A program made the translations under genes and the position numbers. Of a DNA stretch of 64,000 nt, positions 47,342 to 61,335 are shown one piece after another (the first letter of the stretch is position 1; each line of letters begins with the position of its first letter). The DNA is from Lytechinus pictus (Eukaryota): assembly GCF_037042905.1 (NCBI RefSeq), contig NC_087251.1:34784001-34848000 (forward strand), in the 5' to 3' direction. The notes under the pieces are model-generated. The model was not told the DNA's origin. It did not search any database and saw only the letters and a program-made list of their open reading frames with translations.

Positions 47342-49171
47342 CAGTGCATATCAAAAAAAAGTTTACACTTAGAAAAAATCCTGTAAAATTGTACATTTGT
47401 AATATCCTGAAGATATTTCCACATTCTAACATTAGTACAGATCCATTTAAGCAAATGACGATATAACTGTCGAAAAATATTTCCGCTTGAGTGAGCACCA
47501 CTTACTTTTGAAAAGTTAGTGAAAAATGATTTGCACAGAACTTTGAAATAGTTATGCAAATAAAAGTAACCTTAATCATGAAGTACACATAGAATTTAGC
47601 TAGTAAAATTGATTTGAAGATATCTTTTACCTTTTTTAACTTGTTTCCTTGCCCAAAACACTTCGAAGAGTGCATTGCACCCCATCCCACTCCCCCACAC
47701 ACTGAGGCCATCGTGACGATATTTGCTTTACACTGAGCTGTGATTTACATGAAATGGCTAAGGCTTGATTTTCATTTTGTTAGACTAAAAAAAATCCTTC
47801 CATTAAATGTATGTGTTACTTTGTACCACACAATGATTTCACCGTATATAACTTATTGTATTACTGTATGGGGTAATTGTGCGAAATACCTTATCAATAG
47901 AATTTCCATTTTACAAAAAAGAGCAATTAGAGTAATCACAGATAGTCATTATCTTGCTCATACTGATCCCCTTTTTAACAAACTTAAAATTTTAAAAGTT
48001 CATGACTTGTACAATTTGCAAACGGCTTGTTTTGTGTTTTCAGCAATGAAGAAACTCCTACCTCAAGTATTTAATGATTATTTTGTGTATAGATATTTTT
48101 TTAATAGGTATAATTGCCGTAACTCTTATGATCTGAATATCCCCTCATGGGGTTATCAATTTTCTAGAAGTACTATATGTTATAGTGGACCTGTTTTATG
48201 GAATTCTTTGCCCCAAGATATGAAGCAATGCCCAACCATAAGTAATTTTAAAAGAAAATATAAGATATTTTTATTGAATTGTTACATTAATAGGTAAATT
48301 CAACTTATTGCATTTTTTTCTTTTTTTTTTTTTTCTTTCTTTTTTTATGTAGGGTCTTTCTTTTCTATTTCTATTAAATCCAATAACTGGTTTCTTTTTT
48401 GCAGTATACAAGGGATCAGCCTAGACAGGCCAACGGCTTATTGCTGATCCCCCACATCCACTGCTACTTAATGTTATTCACTCCTATCTGTCCACTTTTT
48501 TACAATTGATTTATCGTGTATTTTTTTTTCTTTGTTTCTATTGTGTATATTTGTATGAATATGTTTTTATATTGTATTTGTCATTTGAATGTTTTTATGA
48601 GAGATGTGAAATAAATGAAATTGAATTGAATTGAATTGAATCATCGTCAAGCTCGGAAAAAGTGTGGAGAAACAAGTATTAAATGAAAAATGAAATGTAA
48701 AACCATTTTAAATGATAAAAACTTAGTGATAAAATGCTGGAGATGTCTGATATAAGTTTTTGTTCAGATTCAGTTAAGTCCTAAGATCCAGCTGGCACAA
48801 AAATGGTAAAGGTTGTGCTTACTAAGTGTTGAAATTTCAATTTGGGTGGCAAAATTGTTACAAAATACTTGAATGTATCGGTTTTATTTCAATTGACTAA
48901 AAGTGCAAGGGAAATTTATGAGAAATGTTTCGCACGGTAAGTTTGATTTTGCCCTTTCCCCTTGACACAGCGTGACTGAAAACCAGCATTTCTGCGAGCT
49001 TTACAAAAATGGACAGTGCTCACTCAAGTTTAACATTCTGTCAAAACTTTTACTTTCATTGGATAGATGAGACCCAACCCAAGATTATTTGTGAATAAAT
49101 TACCCACATGTTGTATATTTTTTAATTCCCAGGGCTTTTTCAAAGTGTAAACTTTTTTTTGATACGCACTG
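47342..49171. mobile_element. Tc1/mariner-type MITE interrupted by a LINE
   Basis: TA-flanked TIRs CAGTGCATATCAAAAAAAAGTTTACACTT / AAGTGTAAACTTTTTTTTGATACGCACTG. Confidence 0.85.
47715..48641 (+). mobile_element. CR1/L2-group LINE 3' fragment
   Basis: ORF LYHTMISPYITYCITVWG..LQKRAIRVI..GPVLWNSLP..FKRKYK, an (ATTGA)n tail, and CATCGT direct repeats at 47709-47714 and 48642-48647. Confidence 0.88.
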
Positions 49172-52062
49172 TAGAGTGCTGAATATGCTCACAGTCACTA
49201 GATCTTAAAGGGTTTGATTTGTTGTATGGTTTAAATCAATTTTCATATATCACATTGAAACTGCAGATAGATTAATGCAATGGAATGAAAAAGGGATTTA
49301 AAAAAAATATTTCTCATATTCTCACTGTCTCTCCCCCTCTGCTATCTCCTCCCCTCTCTCCTCCCCACCCATCTATCCCATTTGATTATTCTATCCATCC
49401 CACTCTCCTCTCTCTCTCTTTCCTTTCCCTTCCTACGTTTCTATTCATCCCCATCTCCCACAGCCCCTCTAATTTTCACCTTGTATTTCTAGTAGACTAA
49501 AATCATGTTATTTCAGCTCTGGTTGCTTGCTTTAATTTCATTTCTAGAAAATATCATGAAATCTCTCACTATTAGATATATATATCAAATTGGGAGGACA
49601 GATCCTCCATGAACTTTGCATTTAATTGTAGTTGAATAACCATAAAATCATTAGTCTGTTGGGCCCGTATTCTGAAGTCGGGTTTAACTTAAACTCGGGT
49701 TTAACGTTGTGGTTTAAGTATGGATAGCCGATTGTTACATAAATCACTTAACGGTAGAGTATCATATTTCAGCTCATTTGGCTCTCAAATCATTCATAAA
49801 TGTCTGGAATTATAAATAGATGATTGTCTTCACTATCGATGAATCAGGAAAGAACACAGTAAACATAATAAACATACAACTTAATAAAAAATTTGACACT
49901 TTTGGCTTCCCATAATTTTAGCACAGAGTTAGACCATGGTCCAAGTTAAACCAGACTTCAGAATACGGGCCATTAAGTCTACCAGTTCTGAATTGGTACT
50001 GTTGATCCCTCATTGATGAATTAAATTGATGTAGTTCCGATTATTAGAGGAACTAATTATGAACCAACGTTGAAGTATTAAAGCAAGTGATGGATGGACC
50101 AAGTACTGATAACCAAATTGATATTAGACCAAGTGGCAGGTATTCTGAAGTCAGGTTTAATTCAAACTCTGGTTTAAAGTTGTGGTTTACCTATGGATAG
50201 CCAATAGTGGCATAAATCTCCAACAGTATAATTTAAATGTATCAGCTCATTTTTATCTCAAATCATTTTTAACTGTTTCAGAAGGATAGATAAGATAGCT
50301 TTCTTCACCATTCACGAGCTAGGAAAGAGTACAGTAAATATAAGAAACATACAATGTAAGGAAAAATTTTGAGGAATTTGGCTTTCCATAGTTTCAGCAC
50401 AGAGTTAGACCATGGTTTAAGTTAAACTGGACTTCAGAATACGGGCCAGTAGGTTTAGCCATTACTATGTTGGACAATCTGAAATTTAGACCATCTGCTA
50501 GTAGAGTGAAATACTATGAGCTTTCAGTAAAAGAGTTAGTGAAAAAGAGCTTGGCAAGTTGGGTTAGGGTTAGTAAAGTGAAAAAAGTTAACTACGAATA
50601 TCTGTACATGGAAGAATGCAAAATAACTCATTTATTGGAGTAATAATTTTACCTTTAATATATACTTTGCCTAAATTCGAATCATTCATGATACAGCTGC
50701 AATTCATATTACTAGTGCTGGGATTGAATTTAGGAAGAAAAGTTGTAAAATAAGAACAAAAATATGCAAGTGCCTCACTTTCTCTCAAAGTATATACATG
50801 TATAAAGATATAATCACATGTATTGTTAAGATAGGTTAGGAGGAAAACAAAATGATGGTGGGAACAAGGACTTGTAAAGAAGATTTTGCAGTGAATAGAA
50901 ATGCATCATGATCAACAGTTTCAGTAAGTTCTTCACGACTTGTTAGTTACTGTGTCGTATTATATTTTATATCCACCATCTATTTTATAAATCAAATTTA
51001 GGTACTGTTTCTGGATTTGCATGACTGAAAACTAGCTTAGAAAATTAATATTTCTCATTAAAAAAACCACCATCAATCATCTTCATCCCAAATTATAAAT
51101 ATTGTAAAGTATTTACATATATAGAGGTTCAAATAATAAAATATATATATATATATAAATGGGTGTCTTTGTTTTGCATTCTTTATATTATAAACTACTG
51201 AGTTGAGAATGTATTAGGCACGATTCAATATTTCCCTCAAGACAGTCAGAAGTTTGACTGATGCTCCACTGTATATCTTATATACTCTACAAATTTATAG
51301 GTTTCTAAAGTAATCCTGATTGCAAGTGCTATGGCAGGGGTGTTTCATAAAGTAAAATCAATTTAACAAAATTCATATTGAAATTGATGAAACATATGGA
51401 CCTGGTTGTGCATGTAATGCAGGTAGATTGAAATCTATTCCCTTAAATATATAACTTCTTAATGTTTCTATGACAGAGAATGGATAAGTAGCAATGTGGA
51501 TGCTTCACTGTAGTATTCTATCTTGGACATGTGTTTCATCCTGAAAAGGGTCCATCCAAAATGGCTGTTTCGGCACATATGTTCTTCTTCTGAAAAAGCA
51601 AGGACAAACTTGCTGAAACATTGAGGTTTGGCGGTCCTTTCCAGGACAACACATGTCCAACAAAGAATATATGTTATCCCCTACTGAGGGGTGGGGTGGG
51701 TTGGGGGCACTATAGGCACCATGTTTGTACATGGACTTTCAAACTTGATCCCAAACAAGTAATTATCCACCTTAGATTTCATTAAACAAGAATTTGTCAT
51801 GATTTCATCGCCTGAATAGTGCCTCAAATATTTTGTTTTCATGATAGGGTGAATGAAAAGTACACCCTTTCTCCTTTGCAGTTATGGCAATGATGGCAAA
51901 TACCCTAACTGTACTTGCGTACATCAGTCAGAAGTGAAAAATAACTTGTTTACATGCTTTTGTGTCAGAGCATGGTGTTTATCTCATTATCCCCCCCCCC
52001 CCGCCCCACCTCCCACAGTATCCCCTATGAACATTCCAATGTTCTAATATCATAATTTTTAA

Positions 52063-55000
52063 TCATCTCCTGGCTGATCTCCGAGTCGTTTGGGGCTGGG
52101 CCGTATAGTTTCTCTGGTATTCGGTCGTCCAAGCCGTATCATCAGGGGGTGGGATGTTGAAGGCGGCGCGTAACCGTCTCATCTTGAGATTCTCCCGCCT
52201 CTTCTGCTCCTCCCGATACTCGATGGCATACTGGTTTCTCCTCATCGCACGAAGGGCTGCTGGGAAGACTTGGGTGTTCTGTAAGACATCAAAGTCACAA
52301 AGTTACTGAATTATCTTGTATTGTATATATTTGATTTACATTAATAAGCAAGACATGCTTCCAAACATGAACCCTATAACATAAAAGCGTAGTGATTGCC
52401 CATGGGAGTGATTTCTAAAATTGATTAATGATGAATCATAAAAATCAGCCCCACTATTAATCGATACGCTTTGTGTTCTGGGGCCTGGGCAATCGGGGGG
52501 GGGGGGGGGTTCGTAAAATAAAAATATATTTTATAACAAATACCCAATGACATTTTGTTTTGATTATTTGTTTCACAATGGCCATCATTATCAATTTCTC
52601 ACAATATATCTCATTAAAAATTTATTCATGATTCATGTGTCTTGTCAACTTTTAGTGGGGGCATCGTGGTCTAGAGGTTAAAGGCCACCGCACACCTTAC
52701 GACTGTTTGCGATCCGATTTTGGAACAAATCGCATTTTGCTCATTTTCTGAAAATGTGAATGGAACATGTCATTTTCTTTTAGGTTAAAATTAATTGAAA
52801 GAATACTAATATAGCCATTTTATAAGATTGTAAGCCTTTATTTTGGAGTAAAGGCCAAATTAGTTTCAAATCGTAGCCAATCGTACGACTGCTATGACGT
52901 CATTACGACTAGATATAAAATTTGCTTTTATTCTAAAGAAGGATGTTAGCATAAATTTGAACATAGGGATTCGTACGATGATTTCGAACATTACACAGTA
53001 AGTTATTCCAAGTCTCAATATTAGCATCAAATTCTACTACGTTTTATTCCAAAATTGAGTCGCAGACCAATCGCAAGGTGTGCGGTTGCCTTAAGACTCT
53101 CATCTTTCAATCTGAGGGATGTGGGTTCGATTCCCAGCAATGGCGTGTTTTCCTTCAGCAAGAAATTTATCCACATTGTGCAGCACTAAACCCAGGTGAG
53201 GTAAATGGTTAACGGCAGGAAGTAATTCCTCAAGAAGCTGGGAGCACTGAAATAGGTAGACTAGCTTAGCCGGGATAATATAGGAGCGCCTTGAGCACCT
53301 AACAAGGTGGATAAATGCGCTATATGAACCCTATATTATTTCTTATTTATTTCATAACCTTGAAATAATAATGGCACGTGTATCTCTATTAACAGGTAAC
53401 CCCAATCTTTGTAATTCTACTTCTTGTAATAGTCAAGTCAATGTAAAGACAATGACAGCATCTACATAATCCGTTCCCCTGGGATTCAAATAAGCTTTTA
53501 CATCATGATCTTTTGTGAACTACCATAAAATCATCACAAAGCAGGCTACACCACCATGTACATCGGTTCAAGTTGAATCGAGGTGATACAGGGTGACCGA
53601 TATATCTCAACATCAATCTACTTGTGTGATTCTCTGTCATTCTTAAGTTAGATAGGACTCCAGTCATAACGGTAAATTCTAATGTTGAAATAACACTAGA
53701 ACCACACACAAAAAAAACATTGTTTTGAATTTGAAAAAAACAAACACATATTTTCCAAATTACGGGTAGTTTTGTGTGGTATTGTGAACATTGGCGGCGG
53801 AAGCCAAACAATTTAGGGGGGGACCGACAAAATTTTTTGACAAGCAAAAAAAAAAAAAAAAAAAAAGGTCATTAACGAACAATTTAGGGGGGACATGTCC
53901 CCCCCGCTTCTGCCGCCTATGATTGTGAACAAGTCTCTGTCAGACATCAAGTCAACTTTGCAGAAGTCAAATTCCCATTTGTTGAAACTTTGCCCGGTAC
54001 TGTGTCATTACTCCAACTGGGTTCCGTAACACAAAGGTTAGCAATTAATCGTGATTTTCACGACTGATTGTACATTTTCGTCAATCGAATCAATCGTAGA
54101 AAAATGTTCTATGATCATTGCTAAGCTTTGTGTTACAGGCCCCAGATTTGAATTATACTACAGTCACACCAACAAAACCAGCTCCAGGGGCCCGTCTTAC
54201 AAGGAGTTAGGATTGATCCAATCAATCGTAACTCTTTGGAAATCCATCAGTGTCATAATTTTTTCTGCAGGAATTGCAGAATGTCCTTTGTAAACAAAGG
54301 AGATCACTCCAAATTGTCAAGAAATCAATGAATTTATCGATATACATTCATATCTAAAAAAAAATTTGAACAAACATGCATTTTATATGTTGACTTTGCT
54401 GGCTTTCCAACTCTTTGTAAGACGGGCCCCTGAATGACCATGCCTAATATGGTATTTCCAAGGACATACTACAAGGGGGGGGGGTTCACAGGGATTTAAG
54501 TATGACTTACAGTCGCACTTAAGTGCCGAATTGTGTGCGTTAGAAAAGGCATGACCGTATTGGTCAGATCTTGTCAAGAGCACGCGCACTACTACGTTTT
54601 AATCAATAACGTTGTGCGTTGCACATCATGTACGTGTCAAAATTTCAGTGCGACTCTAAGTCATACTTAAATCTTTGTGAAACACCCCCCGGGTCGCTTT
54701 GGAGTTTGCTTGCTTGGTGTGACCGTTCCATAGGGAAAGTTAAACTGCACTCACGTCTCCATGTGCTGATGCTCTGACATTGAATGTCTTCTTGCATCCC
54801 ATGTCTTTCTTGCTGTCGGCCCAACCAAAGGCAAGCAACGGTGGTCTTGTTCCTTCTGCTCCTCCCCCTCCTCTTACCCTCTCTAAGCTTGTCTTGGGGC
54901 GGGGTGTCGTCTCGGGTACCTGTCTTTCTCGTTTTGAGATATCTGGGTGGACAAGAGCAAGGAGAGGTATTAGCATGTTATGAGTGGAGAGCCTACATGT

Positions 55001-56946
55001 ACCAGCCTTTTCTTGAAAATATATACATGTATGTACTCATCATCAGTGGTCTGTTTCATAAAGATAACGTCATAGTAAGTTTGAAATTATGGTAGGCATC
55101 ATAGAAACATTGGCCCGTATTCTGAAGTCAAGTTTTACTTAGACCATGGTCTAACTCTGTGCTAAAATTATGGGAAGCCAAAAGTGTCAACATTTTTATT
55201 AAGTTGTATGTTTCTTATATTTACTGTGCTCTTTCCGGATTCTTCAATGGTGAAGACAATAATCTATTTATACTTTCTAGACAATTATGAATGATTTGAA
55301 AGCCAAATGAGCTGAAATATGATATGATATATATAGAGAAATATATCTCTACTGTTGTAGATTTATGTAACAATTGGCTATCCATACTTAAACCACAACT
55401 TAAAACCTGAGTTTAAGTTAAACCCGACTTCAGAATATGGGCCATTGACTTTGATTGGCTACTAAGCCATGCAGGGTTTTCATAATGACAGACTTACCAT
55501 AACGTGAGTCCTTTATCAAATTGGCCCAAGGGGATTCATCAAGGCATTTTGATGGGGTGGGAGGGGGGGGGGGGGAAAGATGGGCAAGATTTTTTTTCAC
55601 TACGTCTCCTGTGGCAATGCTCCTGCTTATCGCAAAATAATGCATGAATAGATATATGCTGAAAGAGGAAATGTAAAGGCACTTAGACAACACTTTTTAG
55701 GAAGTGCTGTGCCATAATTTCATAAGGAATTGCAAAGGCCCAGCTCAGCTAAAGAATAAGAGAAGAACTATTAAATTCTGATGAAAATACATATATTTTA
55801 ATACTAAATAGGTTCATTATTGCGGACTGAAATAATCGCTAGAGTGTATTCATTTGTCTCGCAATCTACTATGGTCAACAAGGAAATTCGTGATCACTCT
55901 CGCAAAAAGAGAATGCCTCAAAAGTATGTTCTGCTGATGAAAAAATTAACAATGAAAAAAAGTGTTCACTAGCTTTCTAGGAAATTCGTGATCACTCTCG
56001 CAAAAAGCTTGTGAACTTGTAAGCTAGTGAACACTTTTTGCGAGAGTGATCACAAATTTCCTAGAAAGCTAGTGAACACTTTTTGCGAGAGTGATCACGA
56101 ATTTCCTTGTTGACCATAGTAGATTGCGAGACAAATGAATACACTCTAGCGATTACATATATTTTGTTAATCATTTCTATTTTTCTGACAATTTAACATA
56201 AAATTATACTAATTTGCATGGCTAGCAGAAATAGGCATTAGCTTGCACTTTCCATTAACTTGTAAGTTGGACAAGGGGCAGAATTTTGTGCAGTCCATAA
56301 AAGAGAATGCCTCAAAAGTATGTTCTACTGATGAAAAAATTAACAATGAAAAAAATTGAAATGGTTTACAATCAAATTTATACAAAAACATTCAAGGTAC
56401 CGACACCGGAGGTATTTACAGATGATATAGTCATGCTATGGTCATTTTTTTCCTTGATTAAAGGCATGACTTAATCCATGCTTGCAATTTCCACAATTGT
56501 ATTAAACAAATGCATTTCATAAAGTTGTAAATATCTTAATTTCTATTGTGATCCTCTATTAATATTTACTTGGAATAATTACCTCTGGAGGATCCACTTC
56601 TCCTTCTCTTATTACTGTTCTTCCCACTGCCCCAATCTGGTGTCTGCACTTCTCTATCAGCCACACCCCTAGCAGCGATGGCTTCCCCCTCATTCACATG
56701 CCTGTTCCAATGGTCCTCTGGCATTGAACCCGCAGCTTGGACCTGCTCCGGTCTGTCAGCCCCTTCCTTTCTTCCATCTGCTCCTGTTTCACTCTCCGTC
56801 TCCCAGTCCCATTCTACAAAGTTGTGGTGGTGCTCTAGTTGCCTGCGGTAAGCCCTGTAAGAGACCTGTTGCCTGTAGTAGTCTTGGTACGTGTCCCAGG
56901 CGGGTTCCCGGTACTGACGACCGTACTCACTGCGTCGGAATCCCAT
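52063..56946 (-). CDS. CCSAP: Centriole, cilia and spindle-associated protein homologue, spliced CDS: 56946-56583, 54942-54755, 52278-52063 (768 nt, 255 aa)
   Basis: GT-AG introns in phases 1 and 0 join three ORF pieces. Motifs match human CCSAP as I recall it: N-terminal SEYGRQYREPAW..YRAYRRQLEHHH..W (human SEYMKRYQEPRW..YRLGRRLLEQAH..W), AFGW..KTFNVRASA (LYGW..KTHNVCASA), ALRA, and C-terminal AWTTEYQRNY (PWMTEYMRCY). Confidence 0.9.
52657..53340 (+). mobile_element. tRNA-derived SINE split by a PIF/Harbinger-type MITE (52682-53091)
   Basis: A box TGGTCTAGAGG, B box GGTTCGATTCC and an (ATT)-type tail. The insert has TIRs AGGCCACCGCACACCTT / AAGGTGTGCGGTTGCCT with a TAA duplication. Confidence 0.8.
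53790..54690. mobile_element. Cluster of four short MITEs in a CCSAP intron
   Basis: TIR pairs at ~53790-53922 (GGCGGCGGAAGC), ~54019-54143 (CGTAACACAAAG), ~54187-54430 (GGGGCCCGTCTTACAA) and ~54481-54690 (TTCACAGGGATTTAAGTATGACTTA). Confidence 0.7.
55833..56155. mobile_element. Rearranged palindromic element with ~75-bp terminal inverted arms
   Basis: TAATCGCTAGAGTGTATTCATTTGTCTCGCAATCTACTATGGTCAACAAGGAAATTCGTGATCACTCTCGCAAAAAG and its reverse complement. Confidence 0.8.
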
Positions 56947-58477
56947 TCTAATTCTATATCATGGGTGCCTTTAATTTCTAAGAGAAAGAAAAAAAAAGAA
57001 TCAGTATGTAACTCGGTATTACCGATTACAAATAAATTTATTCACATATTAGTACCACTGATCATGAATGCAACTGCTTTGATGGTGAGACCAGTCTTTA
57101 TACTTTTGAATAAATTTACTTTTATTGCAATATTTAAATCAATGTCCCATAATTTAGACATCTACATGAAGGTCTTTTTTCAATATTTGGTTTAAAAAAA
57201 AGGAAATGAAGGGGAGATCTACAACAGAAAACTGCATGCCACAAATGGGAAAATAAACTTGGAAGGAGCTGCAGATTTCAGATGATCGAAGGGACACAAC
57301 TTGCAATTTCAGGACCCTAATTGTGCCAGGTGCCAATTTTCTTAGATCGCTGCCATTGAAAGTATCAAATTATTTATGAAAAGTCATAAGAAATCCCAAC
57401 TGAAATCCATCTTTTGTTTTGGTATACTTTTTTCCCTTTCGCCTCCTACACAGATAGCAAGCCAGCTCGCACACAGTGTTAGGGTCCTATGCCCCATAGG
57501 CTCGATGGGTGATTCCATTTGTGTCATAAGGGACATTTTTCTTTTTTATCAAAAGTTAGCGGGTAGTGATGTGAAAAACTGATCAAATCAAAAAAAATGT
57601 TAGAGTACGGGTGAATTAAAGGTGAAAATGTTACGTGTTGTACAGGACTCATTAATGTCCCGTACAACATGTAACATTTTCACCCCTAATTCATCTATGG
57701 AAAAACATACTTTTGTTGGTTCTTTTTTTTACATGACTACCCAGTAGTACTTTAATATTACCACAAAACAAACTGAAGTTCCTTGTTTGTTTGGACAGCA
57801 GGTTGAAAAGTGTTGCGAAAATGGCTGATTTTTCTAGCATGGAATCGCCCAATGTATCATGGATTCTGATTCTATTACATTGTCATTGATTCTTATTTTG
57901 TTATAAAATTGCAGAGGCAGTGTTGATTTATTGATTCTGATTACTTTGAAACTGCGATCATTCATGGATCTATACTTTGGTGAAAGTTGTCATGAGCAAA
58001 AACATCTTTAGTTTATGTAAGGAGGTGTAGTGAAGCAAGACGTAGTCCAGCGGAGTAACCGACAAAACAGAGACTGAAGCTTTTCAGTCAAATTTTCACC
58101 TAGACCCAAATATTCAGTTTCTACCAGTTTCACAGCAATCCTCAAATTGCCTACTTACATACATGTAAGAATATCAGGAAATAGAGTGATATTTGTATTT
58201 TGTTATTCTGCTGAACTGCGTTGGCTTCTCTGGGGATGATAGTAAAATGTCAGAAATTGTTAAATAAATCCCCAGAAACGACAGTTAGACCTATTCCTGT
58301 CTATACGGAAGTATACAATTTCTATCGAGTGGAGGTATACAGCTGTTAAAATACATTTCTATTGTTATAGTCCATGCCTGGGTTAAACCCATTTTGCCTT
58401 CAGTTTAGTTTTGTGAATTCGATTTTGGACCCCTCTCTTGGGAGTCTCTGATTTTTTTTATATTCTTGCCAATTTTA

Positions 58478-60200
58478 GGAATGCCATCACACTGTCCATC
58501 GAGATCAACAGTAGCTACAAGAACTCTACCTATGTTGCATTCTTAGATGCTCAAAAGGCATTTGATTGTGTGTGGCATGATGGCCTCTTCAAGAAGATAT
58601 GTGACACCACTGTTCATCCTTCAATTGTGGCCCTCCTTGCAGAATCGTACAAAGATGCTAACAGCAAGGTTCTCTGGGAAGGAAGAGCATCAAATTCAAT
58701 TCTACTGGAAAAAGGCATGAGACAGGGTGCTATACTCTCACCATCCCTATACACACTCTTTGTCAACAACCTGATAAAGAGAAAGGACTAGGATGCAGTT
58801 TTCAGGGGAGGTATACAGGGATAATCGTTCTTGCGGATGATGTAGCCCTACTTGCCACCTCTGCTGATGAACTACAAGAGATGCTATCTGTCATCCATGA
58901 GTACACCAAGAGGTGGCAATACTCCATCAACCCCTCCAAAAGTGCTGCTGTTGTCTTCAGTGAGAAGTACACCCCTCGTGACAAAAGGCAACAATCTCCA
59001 TGGATGCTGGCTGAGGGTCAGTCCATCAATAAGGTGTTACAACATCCCCACCTAGGTATCACCAAGTCTTCAATGCGATCTGACCCTACCATAGACATCA
59101 CTGCAAGAGGATTTCAGACCTTCTACTCTTTCCATGGTGTCGGGGTGTATACTATCTCCACACCTTTGTGCAAAGCTGTGGACTATATTCTGTGTCCCCA
59201 GGATGTTATATAGCACCTCTATCTTCTCCTTAACATCCCACCAGGCTAACCGCATAAACATCGCCCAAAACCAGTTATTCAAGAAGATTCTGGGAATCCC
59301 AGTGTGCAGCGAATGAATCGGTGTTCCTTCTCATGGGCATTACTCCCCTCATGTCACAAGTAGAACTGGATAGCCTCCTCATCATAGGTCAGCTAACATC
59401 ATTACCTGAAGACCGCTTTTAGAAGAGGGCACTTGTACATGCTTCTATCCACGGTGTACCTCTTGTGAAATCCTGGAACCTCCTTCTTTCCAAGTACAAC
59501 TTACCAACTCTTCTCTGCCTAATTGAACACCCGATCCCATATCACAAGTGGAAAGCCATATGTAGGAAGTCTATCCAGTCAAAAGTGCTGCAGGACACTA
59601 CTAATGCCATTGCATCTAAGTCATCGCTGTCCTTTTGGAAAGATATTGACAGTCTCCCACCATCTTCTCTGCTATTTCCAGAAGGATTAGCCCCTCATCT
59701 CCGTAAGGCACAGATTATCAGAGCTCAGCTCCTCACCCAAACATACCCCACCCAGAAGCGTCTCTCAAAAATTGGCAAATCCCAAACTGCCTGCTATGCA
59801 AAGATGGTGATGAAGACACCCTTCACTTTATCTCCTCTTGTAGCCATCTACATTCTCAGCGAGTTGCCTTTATGGCAAATGCCAACAAGATGCTGCCTGA
59901 CTTGGGGATGAGTGCCAGTCTCCACATAGATGACCCCCTAGCATTTGCCCTGCTAATTCTCCTCCCAAACCAAGACCTCTCTGCAAACACTGTGAAATCT
60001 TTTACCACACTTGCCCTCAATTTCTTGCTGAAAATCTATATGTTTAGATCATCTACACTTGAATCCTAGTCCTCTCTGCTGAATACATCTACCTTCTCTG
60101 ACTGACCCCTCTTACAATACATACTAAGTTACATGTACTATTTGTGCAGGATCTCTCTGCTGATCTCCGAAGCTAACGGAGGAAGAAGAAGAAGACGAAG
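58478..60200 (+). mobile_element. 5'-truncated, frameshifted non-LTR retrotransposon (RT plus C-terminal Cys/His motif; possibly RTE-X/L2-like), antisense in CCSAP intron 1
   Basis: RT motifs FLDAQKAFDCVWHDGL, GMRQGAILSPSLY and IIVLADDVAL; C-terminal CLLCKDGDEDTLHFISSC; (GAA)n tail at ~60181-60200. Confidence 0.9.
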
Positions 60201-61250
60201 ACTTGCTAATATTTTTTTGGGGGGTGAGACACCAGATCAAATTGAAATCTGACATAAAACAAAATCACTATTTACAGTAAAAAAAACCCTAAAACATGAA
60301 AAAACACACTAGACTAGGACTATTTTTTTTACTTAGTAATACGTGTCAGTTTTATCTTTCACACATCTGCACATCATCAAATTATCTGTTTTGGGGCACA
60401 GCTACTAAGCTAGCATTCGCAATAGACCAAAAGCTTCTGTACCTCTGTTTGGTTGTTCTGCTGAACTCCGTTGGCTCCACTCACCAATTACAGAGACCAA
60501 AGTTCTTACTCGATCTGTACAGGGACTCAATCATGTCAATGGCCATATGTTTATGTACTATAAGTTCGGACAAACCAGGGAAGTGCGAGTTGCGCGACAT
60601 CCGAATTAGGCCACTTTTTCCCGTTTTGGTGCATTTCAGGCCAAAACTGAATAATAATCTTTATTTTTGTCCAGTTCTTTATGAAATAAAGACAAAAATC
60701 AATGAGCCCCGTCAAGGGGATTTTGCATTGTTAACCCCTTAATGGCGGCTGCACGATCGCGAGCCGTCTGTGTACGAGGAGAAATTAAATTAAAAAATAA
60801 TATTTTTAATTTTAAAACTCCTCGAAACATATTACATTTACAGACGGCTGCCAGCTGTCTAGCATTAGCAATGATATGGAATAGCCAAACGCAATTTGGG
60901 GGAGTTTACCAAAACTAAGTAAAGATAGGCTTGAAATTTCAAAGCCAAAGGAATTGCTTAAGCTTGGCCTCGAGCCGGGGCTCGAATGCTTCGAGCGGCT
61001 TGGCAAAGCTAAAGGCAAAGCGGGGCGTCGGCCCCGCGGCTGCGGCCGGAGCCGAGCCTCGAAATGACGCCAACGCAGCTCCACTCCAGACCAGAGTCCA
61101 GTGGCCAGTCAAGTTTCGGCCAAAGTCATGCATTCTACTAAAAATAAGATAAAGATAACATGTAATCCGTTGAATTTCAGATGGTATGCAATGGAATTAG
61201 TTGTTAACCAATAAATTATTACAGGATTTTAAAAACTTAAGTGAACTTAC

Positions 61251-61330
61251 AAAGTTTCAGCGAGTTGTCCTGGCTTGAGTTTCATTCGCATCGGATCCAC
61301 ACGTACTGTACTCGTTCGCGTTTGAATCAT
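61251..61330 (-). other. Probable 5' non-coding first exon of CCSAP (upstream boundary approximate)
   Basis: Donor TT|GTAAGT at 61250 lies in a CpG-rich zone. A matching polypyrimidine-TAG acceptor at 56978-56979 sits 31 nt upstream of the CCSAP ATG. Confidence 0.55.
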
Positions 61331-61335
61331 GCGAA

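Noticed and set aside
52657..53140. tRNA gene
   Set aside because: The A and B boxes continue into a SINE body and tail with a second decayed copy nearby, and a MITE interrupts them.
56724..57195. Plus-strand ORFs overlapping the CCSAP exon
   Set aside because: Antisense shadows of the real minus-strand exon.
60296..61152. ORFs of 64-148 aa near the CCSAP 5' end
   Set aside because: No recognisable domain; they lie in GC-rich, repeat-like intron 1 sequence.
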